Translations under genes and position numbers: made by a program
Shown: piece by piece, positions 35,610 through 44,570 of the stretch
How positions within the stretch are numbered: the first letter of the stretch is position 1
Layout of the letters: each line of letters opens with the position of its first letter
Assembly (NCBI GenBank): GCA_964573625.1
Contig: CAZNJU010000001.1
Coordinates: forward strand, 673,510 to 737,509
DNA: 64,000 nucleotides
Direction: 5' to 3'
Source of the DNA: Candidatus Woesearchaeota archaeon
Lineage (GTDB): Archaea > Nanobdellota > Nanobdellia > Pacearchaeales > GW2011-AR1
Notes under the pieces: model-generated
What the model was told of the DNA's origin: nothing
The model's database searches: none
What the model saw: the letters and a program-made list of their open reading frames with translations, nothing else

Positions 35610-37331
35610 ATGAATATCCGCCAGCCAATCATAACCGTAGCAGGCCATGTAGATCATGGTAAGACGAGCTTACTGGATGCATTCCGCAGTAGCTCATTGC
35701 AAGAGCTGGAAGCAGGTGGAATAACCCAGAAGATTTCATTTACTAAGTTCCCGCTGGAGCAAATTCACACCATGTGTCCTCTTCTCAAAGAGAAAGGTGT
35801 CGATCTGACAATTCCTGGCTTTCTCTTCATCGACACACCAGGTCATGCAGCGTTCACACACCTACGTAAGCGTGGAGGCTCACTTGCAGACCTTGCTATC
35901 GTAGTCGTTGACATAAAAGAAGGAATAAAACCGCAGACTGCTGAAGTAATTTCAATTCTAAAGACAAACAAAACACCGTTTGTTATAGCGTTAAACAAAA
36001 TAGATACGTTATCCGGATGGCAGCGTAAAAGCACGGTAAAAGAATCGATTGAATCACAAACAATCAACGTGCGTGAAGAGTTCGATACTGCCTTGCTGAC
36101 ATTTCAAGGAGCACTACAAGCACACGGATTCGACTCTGATTTATTCTACGAAATGACTGATTTCAGTAAAAAGATTGCCCTCGTACCATGCTCGGCTCGT
36201 ACAAAACAGGGCATTCCCGAATTGCTATTCGTTCTATGCGGATTATGTCAAAAATTCCTTTCTAAGCAACTTCAACTTGCAGACGATGCAAAAGGAGTCG
36301 TACTCGAGATAAAAAAGGAAAAAACGATGGAACAAGTAGAAGCAATTCTCTATGATGGTACGTTACATGAAGGAGACGAAATAGCGATTGCAACATTTGA
36401 TGATCTAATTGTAACAAAAGTGCGTGCTATGGAAGAGATGCAGCCCCTCAGTGTTAAGTACAAAACCGTTTCAGAAGCACAAGCCGCAACAGGATTACGT
36501 CTACGGTTGACTGATAAAACAGGAGTTTTACCAGGTATGCCTTTCCAATATGTGCATAACAACCTAAATGAAATCCGGGCCCAATTCAAGAAAGAAGTTT
36601 CTGGTTCGATAACGACTGATAAGATGGGAATTATTGCCAAAGCAGACTCTTTAGGAAGTCTTGAAGCATTACTAACGTTATTACGGCAGGCAAATATTCA
36701 GGTCGTTAAAGCAGGAATTGGCCCCATTGGCAAAGTAGACATTACTGCGGCAAAGGCAAATTTAGACATTAATCCCTTAGACGCACTTATTATAGGATTT
36801 AATGTTGAGTCAGAACAAGACCTTGATTTTGGATCAATCAAAGTTTTTACGAATGAAGTAGTGTATAAGCTAATTGATGATTTGCGAGAATGGCGAGAGC
36901 ACAAGCAAAAAGAAATAGAAAAAGAAAAGCTCATGGGTCTTGCAACTATTTGTAAAATGGAAATTTTACCGCAGTACGTATTTCGCAATTCCAATCCAGC
37001 CATATTCGGAGTAAAAATGATCTCGGGCACCGTAAAGGTAGGCATCCCTCTTATTGATAATAACAATGAAGAGGTAGCTCACGTTAAAGGAATACAATCT
37101 GATAAGCATTCAGTTCAGGAAGCAACGGCAGGTATGGAAGTAGCCATCTCATTGCCAGGAGTCACATTTGACAGACAACTAAAAACAGTTACACATTTAT
37201 ACGCGAATCTTTCCGAAATCCAATTTCGAGCATTTAAGAAACATAAAGACTTGCTAAGCTCAGATGAACTTCGAGTTTTACAAGAAATTGCTGATAAAAA
37301 GAGAAAAATAAATCCTGAATGGGGAATATAA
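35610..37331 (+). CDS. infB: Archaeal translation initiation factor 5B (IF2 homolog)
   Basis: RQPII.V.GHVDHGKT, EAGGITQ, PGFLFIDTPGHAAF..LRKRGG and VFRNSNPAI.GV. Confidence 0.96.
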   Translation: MNIRQPIITVAGHVDHGKTSLLDAFRSSSLQELEAGGITQKISFTKFPLEQIHTMCPLLKEKGVDLTIPGFLFIDTPGHAAFTHLRKRGGSLADLAIVVVDIKEGIKPQTAEVISILKTNKTPFVIALNKIDTLSGWQRKSTVKESIESQTINVREEFDTALLTFQGALQAHGFDSDLFYEMTDFSKKIALVPCSARTKQGIPELLFVLCGLCQKFLSKQLQLADDAKGVVLEIKKEKTMEQVEAILYDGTLHEGDEIAIATFDDLIVTKVRAMEEMQPLSVKYKTVSEAQAATGLRLRLTDKTGVLPGMPFQYVHNNLNEIRAQFKKEVSGSITTDKMGIIAKADSLGSLEALLTLLRQANIQVVKAGIGPIGKVDITAAKANLDINPLDALIIGFNVESEQDLDFGSIKVFTNEVVYKLIDDLREWREHKQKEIEKEKLMGLATICKMEILPQYVFRNSNPAIFGVKMISGTVKVGIPLIDNNNEEVAHVKGIQSDKHSVQEATAGMEVAISLPGVTFDRQLKTVTHLYANLSEIQFRAFKKHKDLLSSDELRVLQEIADKKRKINPEWGI

Positions 37332-37765
37332 TGGGAAAAATAAGTCTTGCTGGCGGGATCGTTCTGAATGAGAAAGGAGAAGTAGCGCTCGTGAGTGAGA
37401 AAAACAATCGATGGTCCTTCCCTAAAGGACGTATAGAATCTGGTGAAACCACTCTTCAAGCAGCCCTCCGCGAGATATGGGAAGAAACAGGTATCACTTC
37501 ATTAGTAGTAATAAAAGAAATAGGAGTATACCAACGTCCAAAACTTAATCCAAAGACCAAAGCTGAGAAAAATCAGAACAAAAAGTTCACTTTATTCCTT
37601 TGTACCACACATCAAGAAAAACTAAAACCTATTCACAAAGAGCATCCTGAAGCGCGTTGGTTTAATATTTCCAAGGTAGCACGAACCCTCACCCATCCTA
37701 CAGACAAGAAATTCTTCAATTCTATCAAGCGCAGTGTTGCAGCCTTTGCACAAGACAATCTTTAA
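37331..37765 (+). CDS. Nudix hydrolase
   Basis: WSFPKGRIESGETTLQAALREIWEETG (Nudix box). Confidence 0.92.
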   Translation: MGKISLAGGIVLNEKGEVALVSEKNNRWSFPKGRIESGETTLQAALREIWEETGITSLVVIKEIGVYQRPKLNPKTKAEKNQNKKFTLFLCTTHQEKLKPIHKEHPEARWFNISKVARTLTHPTDKKFFNSIKRSVAAFAQDNL

Positions 37766-37789
37766 AAACCCACTTTTGCATACACTCGT

Positions 37790-38206
37790 ATGCCTATAAA
37801 AGTCAATATTGCAGATAAAGGAAAAACCTGGCGAATAGAGGTAGCTCATGACGCTCTAATTGGTAAATCTCTTGGAGAGACTATCAAAGGTAGTGAGCTT
37901 TCATCTGATCTTGAAGGATACGAGTTCATGATACGAGGCGCATCGGATATTGCGGGATTCCCACATAAGATAGATGTGGAAGGAAGCGCTCTTAGACGTG
38001 TTCTTTTAACAAGAGGATGGGGTATGCGCGATAACACTGAAGGAATGCGACGCCGAAAGACAGTTCGAGGAAAGCAAATTTCTGAAAAGACTACTCAACT
38101 TAATCTCAACGTGAGCAAAGCAGGTTCAAAGAAACTTCAAGATATCTTCCCAGACCAGAACAAGCCAAAAGAAGCAAAGGCTGAAGCACCAGCTCCTGCT
38201 CAATAA
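37790..38206 (+). CDS. rps6e: 30S ribosomal protein S6e
   Basis: GYEFMIRGASDIAGFP and GMRRRKTVRG...QLNL. Confidence 0.95.
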   Translation: MPIKVNIADKGKTWRIEVAHDALIGKSLGETIKGSELSSDLEGYEFMIRGASDIAGFPHKIDVEGSALRRVLLTRGWGMRDNTEGMRRRKTVRGKQISEKTTQLNLNVSKAGSKKLQDIFPDQNKPKEAKAEAPAPAQ

Positions 38207-38254
38207 ATTACTACCTGAGAGTAGATTTATAAACCCTAATTTTTACATTTTCTT

Positions 38255-38704
38255 ATGAAAAGAATACATCAAGCTTATGAAAGAAACGCATATACTCAGC
38301 GAATGCGCCATGAGCCCTTAAAAAGCGTTCCAGAAAGATACGTGGAAAGAGATCACTCAAAAGAATTTCACAGAAAAGAGAAGGTAATTCAAACAGAAAT
38401 ATATACGGCAATAGATGAGGCTTCGATTAACTTAGCTTTACTAGTAAAAATGGCTGATGATCAAGATAGAAGATTTGCAGAAAGGCTTACAAAAGTTGTG
38501 GATAGAGAACATGAGAAAATAAGACAATACGGCTTGCCAAAAGAGGATTTTATGTCTATGATAGTTACTCATTTGGGGACAATGAAAAATAGATATGAAA
38601 GATTATCTGCTGAAAAACCGCGTGATAAGAACTATTCCTCTTGGCAAGAAAACATACAGGCTATTGAGGGACTCGTTAGGAACGCAGACACGGCAAACCT
38701 TTAA
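38255..38704 (+). CDS. Hypothetical helical protein
   Basis: Own TTTATAAA box at ~38227. Confidence 0.6.
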   Translation: MKRIHQAYERNAYTQRMRHEPLKSVPERYVERDHSKEFHRKEKVIQTEIYTAIDEASINLALLVKMADDQDRRFAERLTKVVDREHEKIRQYGLPKEDFMSMIVTHLGTMKNRYERLSAEKPRDKNYSSWQENIQAIEGLVRNADTANL

Positions 38705-38728
38705 AACACCTTCCTTCTCAGTACTTAA

Positions 38729-39928
38729 ATGAAAGAATTAGACGTTACCAAATTAGAGACTATTAATGTCATTATGGCAGGCCATATTGACCATGGTAAG
38801 ACGACGCTTCTCTATAAGCTCAGCGGAAAGTGGACCGACACTCACTCTGAAGAACTCAAACGAGGAATCACTATCAAGTTAGGGTATGCTGACACTATTC
38901 TTTACAAAACAGATAACGGATACACGCAAGAAAAAAAAGGTGCTCCGTACAGATATATCTCATTTGTTGACGCGCCAGGACATGAAATGCTTATGGCCAC
39001 TATGCTTTCAGGAGCAGCTATTGTTGATGCAGCAATTCTAGTAGTTGCAGCAAATGAAGGAATAAAACCCCAGACACGTGAACATTTGATTGCATTACAA
39101 GCAAAAAAGATACAGAACATTATCATCGTCCAAAACAAAATTGATCTCGTAACTAAAGAACAAGCCCTCAAAAATTATCAGGAAATAAAAGCGCTCCTCA
39201 AAGGAACGTTTGCAGAAAATGCACCAATCATTCCAGTCTCTGCACAACAAGAAGTCAATCTTGATAAAATATACGAAGTGCTTTGCACAATCCCTATTCC
39301 GCCACGCGATGCTAAAGGTGAACCCCTCTTCATTATAGCTAGAAGCTTCGACATTAACAAGCCTGGCACGACACCAGACAAGCTTCATGGAGCCGTTCTT
39401 GGAGGAACATTGAAAAGAGGCACGTTAAAGAAAGGAGATATTATTGAAATAAAACCAGGTACTACCGTAAAGGAAGCCAATCAAGTTCATTATAAAACGC
39501 TTAAAACAAAAATCAAGAGTCTTTTCAAAGGAAGTTATCAGGTAGATGAAATAACTCCCGGTGGATCAGTATCTATAGAAACCGAAATGGACATGAGTCT
39601 CGGTAAAGCAGACGTTCTCTCCGGAGCAGTTGTTTCAACCGCAGGCAAACTTCCAGAAATAGCCTTCTCTCTCAAAATGAAATATTCTCTCTTCAAAGAA
39701 ATTCTCGGTGCTCAACAAAAAACAGCGGTAGATCCCTTGAAAGCAAGTGAGACACTTATGTTAAGCATTAACACATCAGTCACGGTAGGAATGGTGAAGC
39801 GTGTAACGCCTCAAGATGCTGAACTTACCCTTAGAATTCCAGTCGTCCCATTCAAAGGCGAGAATATAGGCATCGCACGAAATATTAACAATCACTGGCG
39901 CCTTATAGGTTATGGAGAGATTATCTAA
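38729..39928 (+). CDS. eif2g: Translation initiation factor 2 gamma subunit
   Basis: GHIDHGKTTL, WTDTHSEELKRGITIKLGYA, DAPGHE.LMATMLSGAA and WRLIGYG. Confidence 0.96.
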   Translation: MKELDVTKLETINVIMAGHIDHGKTTLLYKLSGKWTDTHSEELKRGITIKLGYADTILYKTDNGYTQEKKGAPYRYISFVDAPGHEMLMATMLSGAAIVDAAILVVAANEGIKPQTREHLIALQAKKIQNIIIVQNKIDLVTKEQALKNYQEIKALLKGTFAENAPIIPVSAQQEVNLDKIYEVLCTIPIPPRDAKGEPLFIIARSFDINKPGTTPDKLHGAVLGGTLKRGTLKKGDIIEIKPGTTVKEANQVHYKTLKTKIKSLFKGSYQVDEITPGGSVSIETEMDMSLGKADVLSGAVVSTAGKLPEIAFSLKMKYSLFKEILGAQQKTAVDPLKASETLMLSINTSVTVGMVKRVTPQDAELTLRIPVVPFKGENIGIARNINNHWRLIGYGEII

Positions 39929-39960
39929 ATCTTTAAATAATTAGTAATTTTCAAAAAAGT

Positions 39961-40395
39961 ATGGGTATTAAAGGGTACAATCTTTTTTTCGGATTCGTTG
40001 CAGGAGCGGCGATAGGAGGAGCCGGCGGAATAATAGAACATCATCTAACAATTAGAGAGATAGAACAACAAAGAGAAAATGCAATAACATTTTTAGAGCC
40101 AAGATCCGAACGCCAAGAATATAACGATTTGCGATTAAAGTTAACTATTGATAGTCCATTAAGTGACCTGACACGTTATCAAGAACTCTCAAAAACCTCT
40201 CCAGTTACTGATTTAATTGAATTACGTAAGAGTTATGATAACAAGTTGTGGGAAGAAGAAAGCAAAGCAATTGATAAAATGTTAACTTGTGCAGGTATTG
40301 GCGCAGTATCCGGAACAGCAGGAATGGCTGGTCTCGGTTATTTATCAGGTGTTCTTCACCAAAGAGCATCGAGAAGACGAAGAATTCTAACCTAA
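39961..40395 (+). CDS. Hypothetical membrane-associated protein with Gly-zipper-like ends
   Basis: GFVAGAAIGGAGG and GIGAVSGTAGMAGLG segments. Confidence 0.55.
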   Translation: MGIKGYNLFFGFVAGAAIGGAGGIIEHHLTIREIEQQRENAITFLEPRSERQEYNDLRLKLTIDSPLSDLTRYQELSKTSPVTDLIELRKSYDNKLWEEESKAIDKMLTCAGIGAVSGTAGMAGLGYLSGVLHQRASRRRRILT

Positions 40396-40429
40396 CAATC
40401 TTTTTAATGTTGACATATATGCATAGCTT

Positions 40430-43312
40430 ATGAAAGCTATTGAAAAAAAAGAGGGTCCGTGTGTTATTCTTGCGGGAGCGGGAACAGGAAAGACGCGCAC
40501 ACTCGTAGAAAAAATAAAAACACTTGTGCAAAACAACCACTACCTCCCTGAAGAAATTGTTTGTCTAACGTTCTCAAATGAAGCTGCTGAATCTCTTCAT
40601 AAACGTGTAATTGGCAGTATTTCTGGAGAAAATGGAGTTACCATAAAAACAATTCACTCGTTTTGTGCGGATCTTCTCAGGAAATCCTCTCCAGAATATG
40701 AAAGCTTTCGGATATGGCTTCCTGAAGACGCAATCATAAAGCTACATACAAGTTTCAAACTCCCTTCCAATCTCTGTCATAAATATGTAAAAGCAATAGG
40801 TACAGCAAAAGACCTAGGTATCACATATGAATCGTGCAAAACATATGTGCAAAATAGTCTAAAAGATCTTCCTGAGAATTATGAAAAACATCTTGAAGAC
40901 CTTCAGTTCAAACTTCAAACGCTCCATCTTGATAAGAGCAAGAAAAAAGAAAAAACACCTCTCTCTGAAGAGATTGATAGGCTATCGTTGATAGTTCAAC
41001 GTAAAAAATTCCTTGATACCTGGGCAGCTTATGAAAAACTTAAGACTAAGAAAAATGCACTTGACTACGGCGATCTAACCATGCGCGTTCTTGAATTAGT
41101 GCGAAAAAAACCGCAAGTTCTAGAGCAATACAAATATCTCCTTGTTGACGAGTTTCAGGACACAAATAAAATGCAACTTGAACTAATAGAAAGCATTGCT
41201 CATCACAAGAACGTGACTATCGTAGGCGATTTGAATCAGTCTATATATCGATTCAGAGGAGCTTATACTGATACATTTTCATATTTTAAAAAACAATTCA
41301 ATGTTTCACCAGAAGATGTATTCACCTTAGACAAGTCTTATCGGTCACCTAATACTGTCTTAACACTTGCTCATGAGATTATTAAGCATAATTACGAAAA
41401 ACCTGAAGAATGTTTCTTTGTGCAGAATGCGGAAGGAAAAGAAGGGGGTCGTGTAGAAGTAGTTGAATTAAACAATGGCAAAGAAGAGGTACGTAAAATA
41501 ATCGAAATAATTAAAGACGAGTCAAAAACAAGACCTCTAGAGGAGATATGCGTTCTCTACAGAACACATCAGCAAGCAATTTCCCTCAAACGTGAACTTG
41601 AAGCAATAGACATACCTTACACGGCAGTCTCTTCACAATCACTGTACAAACAGCCAATAATCAAAACAATTGTTGATTACTTAACCGTAATGCATAGACT
41701 CGGGAGCAAATCAAAGGGAGGAGAACATGCGTGGTGGGGTCTTGTGCACAATCTATCCTTATCAAAAGAAGATGAGATCACATTTGCACGTTATCTTAAA
41801 GATTTAAGACAGAATGACTGTCCAAGCATTAAAATAATCAACAACCCTTTTCCAGATAAGATAAGCGAAGAAGGAAAGAGAAAGCTAGATATGCTTATAT
41901 CTCGAATAAAATCACTCATTCCTTCCTTAGTTAAACCTGTCTCGATATTGCTTGAAGAAATCTACTCCTTGCTTGAGAAAAATCCTGAGACAAAAGAGGG
42001 TCGAGATGCATTAGCGCACATTCAAGCCTTCCACGCAAAAGCTCTCGAACATATAGAACATGAAAACGGTGATCTAGGAACACTGTTAGGATACATAGAG
42101 ATAACCAATACGTTAGGCATAGATGTTCCCGTTCCGGCTCAAGAAACGAGCGGAATTAGAATAATGACTGCTCACGCAACAAAGGGTCTTGAATATCCGG
42201 TAGTCATTCTAGCATCATTTGCAGATAAACGATTTCCACTTGAGAGATATTCACATGATTCTCTCATTCCTTACGAGTTATACTCTGAATTCAAAGATGT
42301 TGTTGCTACGGCAGGATTTGAGTTTGCCGTAGAAGATCATGAGCGCGAAAACCAGTTAAAAGAAGAGCGAAGACTGGCATACGTGGCATGCACGCGAGCA
42401 CGGGAGAAGTTATACATTACCTACGCATTAGATTACGGAGGAAAATCATCTGCACCTTCAACATTTCTTAAAGAAGTAGATTATGCCCATAATTCTTCAA
42501 TTGAATTCATTCAAGACAAAGAGGATAAGTATAAACCTACAGAGGTTACGATTGTTTCCGCAGCAACGCTTCCCGAAAAAGCAATTTTCTTCTCCCCTTC
42601 ATCACTCGTACTATACACTGAATGTCCTAAACGGTACGAATATCGTTATGTATACAATATGCCTGAGCCTGAACCTCTTTCATGGGAAGCAATGAAACTC
42701 GGGTCGTTCGTTCATATGATAATAGAATACGGCGTTAAAGAAAACTTCAAACAACTTGCCCCATTTATCATTTTCGCAAAAGAAATGCATCTTAAACCTG
42801 AGTGGAACACTTTAGATATTCGAGAAGCGCTCAAACTCATATCTGTTTTCTTCGAGCGTAATAAGAATAAATATGATGATCGCTCGCTTAATGAACAGCG
42901 ACTCTATTTAGTTCTTGAAGGAATTCGCTTTCAAGGAGTAGCTGACAGAATAGATAGACATGATGATGGTCTTGAAATTATAGACTATAAAACAGGGGCT
43001 TCCAACGTAAGTCCGAAGGCGCGAAACTGGCAACTCGGGTTTTATGCCCTTGCTTCATCGCAAATGGGCCCAGTTAAGAGAGTAACCTTGGACATGCTTA
43101 AACATGAACGCCCTCTCGAATTTGATATAGACGAAGAAGGCAATGCGAAAGAAATCAACGCGGGTAAAATGTCCTTTAATTTATACCAGATAGAGAAAGA
43201 GCTTATTGCTACAGCCAAAGAAATATTGCATTGTTACAAAACACAGTTTCCAGCGTGTACTCCCGAGAAAAACTGTCCTTTCTGCAACGAATGGGTCTAT
43301 AAATACGCTTAA
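40430..43312 (+). CDS. UvrD-like SF1 helicase fused to a PD-(D/E)XK nuclease (AdnA/B- or AddA-like)
   Basis: GAGTGKT, DEFQD, GDLNQSIYRFRG, HATKGLE and EERRLAYVACTRA; C-terminal DRID...IIDYKTG...QL..Y. Confidence 0.92.
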   Translation: MKAIEKKEGPCVILAGAGTGKTRTLVEKIKTLVQNNHYLPEEIVCLTFSNEAAESLHKRVIGSISGENGVTIKTIHSFCADLLRKSSPEYESFRIWLPEDAIIKLHTSFKLPSNLCHKYVKAIGTAKDLGITYESCKTYVQNSLKDLPENYEKHLEDLQFKLQTLHLDKSKKKEKTPLSEEIDRLSLIVQRKKFLDTWAAYEKLKTKKNALDYGDLTMRVLELVRKKPQVLEQYKYLLVDEFQDTNKMQLELIESIAHHKNVTIVGDLNQSIYRFRGAYTDTFSYFKKQFNVSPEDVFTLDKSYRSPNTVLTLAHEIIKHNYEKPEECFFVQNAEGKEGGRVEVVELNNGKEEVRKIIEIIKDESKTRPLEEICVLYRTHQQAISLKRELEAIDIPYTAVSSQSLYKQPIIKTIVDYLTVMHRLGSKSKGGEHAWWGLVHNLSLSKEDEITFARYLKDLRQNDCPSIKIINNPFPDKISEEGKRKLDMLISRIKSLIPSLVKPVSILLEEIYSLLEKNPETKEGRDALAHIQAFHAKALEHIEHENGDLGTLLGYIEITNTLGIDVPVPAQETSGIRIMTAHATKGLEYPVVILASFADKRFPLERYSHDSLIPYELYSEFKDVVATAGFEFAVEDHERENQLKEERRLAYVACTRAREKLYITYALDYGGKSSAPSTFLKEVDYAHNSSIEFIQDKEDKYKPTEVTIVSAATLPEKAIFFSPSSLVLYTECPKRYEYRYVYNMPEPEPLSWEAMKLGSFVHMIIEYGVKENFKQLAPFIIFAKEMHLKPEWNTLDIREALKLISVFFERNKNKYDDRSLNEQRLYLVLEGIRFQGVADRIDRHDDGLEIIDYKTGASNVSPKARNWQLGFYALASSQMGPVKRVTLDMLKHERPLEFDIDEEGNAKEINAGKMSFNLYQIEKELIATAKEILHCYKTQFPACTPEKNCPFCNEWVYKYA

Positions 43313-43335
43313 AAAGCGAATATAGATCTAGTTAT

Positions 43336-43731
43336 ATGGATAACAAGAGAAATATTCCCGAAATAGCCATAATGACTGCAGCAAAACATGCAGAACTACT
43401 AGTGCCTGACTTCCTTAAACATGCCCATAATCCTGAGAGATATTTTCCAAAGAAATACCATACGTTGCATGAAGCAGAAGAATATGTTCGCGAACTAGAT
43501 AATTCCCAAAGAGTATTAGAGGCATTAGTTCATGGTTACTGGACACGTATAGGGTATGATCCGAGCTTCGAACAAAAATATGCTCGAGATAGTGTACTGA
43601 CAGCATACAATTCCTGCTATGATTATTATGAATCTCTAAGGCATAAGGCTCTAAAATTCATAGGAAGAACAAAAGATCATCACCTACAAGCTAAAAGTAG
43701 CCACCCAAAAAAGAAGAGAGTTACTTCTTAG
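43336..43731 (+). CDS. Hypothetical protein
   Basis: Open frame following the helicase. Confidence 0.55.
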   Translation: MDNKRNIPEIAIMTAAKHAELLVPDFLKHAHNPERYFPKKYHTLHEAEEYVRELDNSQRVLEALVHGYWTRIGYDPSFEQKYARDSVLTAYNSCYDYYESLRHKALKFIGRTKDHHLQAKSSHPKKKRVTS

Positions 43732-44026
43732 AAACTTTTTCTTCCTTAAGTAAGTATTTTGAAAGCATAAAAACGACGAAGGCAACAACTACGAAGTTTA
43801 TGAACGCTGCAAGGAAAGGACCCCAACCAAGAGCTATCGGACCAAGGTTCCAGACAGCAGTTTGCCATCCTCCGCCAGGTATGAATGGTGTAATAAGAGG
43901 CATGATAATATTATCAACAAGTGACTTAACAAGTGTATTCGCTGCAAGTCCAATAATAACTGCAATCGCCAAGCCTATAACTTTATACTCTTTAAGAAAT
44001 TCGTGAAATTCTTTAAGCAACTTCAT
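43721..44026 (-). CDS. mscL: Large-conductance mechanosensitive channel (short form)
   Basis: EF.EFL..YKVIGLAIAVIIG...LVDNIIMP...G.FL...INF.VVAFVVF. Confidence 0.9.
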   Translation of the reverse strand: MKLLKEFHEFLKEYKVIGLAIAVIIGLAANTLVKSLVDNIIMPLITPFIPGGGWQTAVWNLGPIALGWGPFLAAFINFVVVAFVVFMLSKYLLKEEKVSKK

Positions 44027-44099
44027 ATCACTAAAAATGAAGGAGAGTATTTAAGTGTTATTCCCGTAAATATAAAAACACCTTTTTCCTCCATAAAAA

Positions 44100-44534
44100 A
44101 TGGGAAAAGAGCATCTTGCCACAATGGTAGGACTGACAGTGATATTAGTTATATTGTTTTCCGTAGGTGTAATTCGTCAAAATATGGAAAGTTCACCTAA
44201 AAATTACATAGGTCATAACGCTGATACTTGTTCTAAGATACGATTTGTCTGTGCACCGGGGTATGTCTATTTCTCAGATGGAAACGGTTGTGGTTGTGAA
44301 GTTAAGTCTGTTGAGCCTGCCATGGATCCTCAAATTAATACCTCTCAGTGCTCTCCAGAAAGTAGAAATGGAGAGGTTTGTCCCGAAATATATAGCCCGG
44401 TTTGCGGATGGTTTGATTCTGCAAAAGTGCAATGTATCAAATATCCATGTGCTTCAACATATAGCAACAGTTGTGAAGCTTGTCACAACGAAAACGTTAA
44501 AGAATATACCTCTGGCACGTGCCCACAAGAGTAA
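44100..44534 (+). CDS. Membrane-anchored Cys-rich protein with a Kazal-like domain
   Basis: CPEIYSPVCG...TYSNSCEAC...GTC. Confidence 0.7.
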   Translation: MGKEHLATMVGLTVILVILFSVGVIRQNMESSPKNYIGHNADTCSKIRFVCAPGYVYFSDGNGCGCEVKSVEPAMDPQINTSQCSPESRNGEVCPEIYSPVCGWFDSAKVQCIKYPCASTYSNSCEACHNENVKEYTSGTCPQE

Positions 44535-44570
44535 AAATATATTTATATACCGTGATAGTGTGAGAAAAGA

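Noticed and set aside
44475..44490. CxxCH (CEACH) c-type heme motif in the 144-aa protein
   Set aside because: It falls at the Kazal-type N.C.A.C disulfide positions, and no cytochrome c maturation genes are in the window
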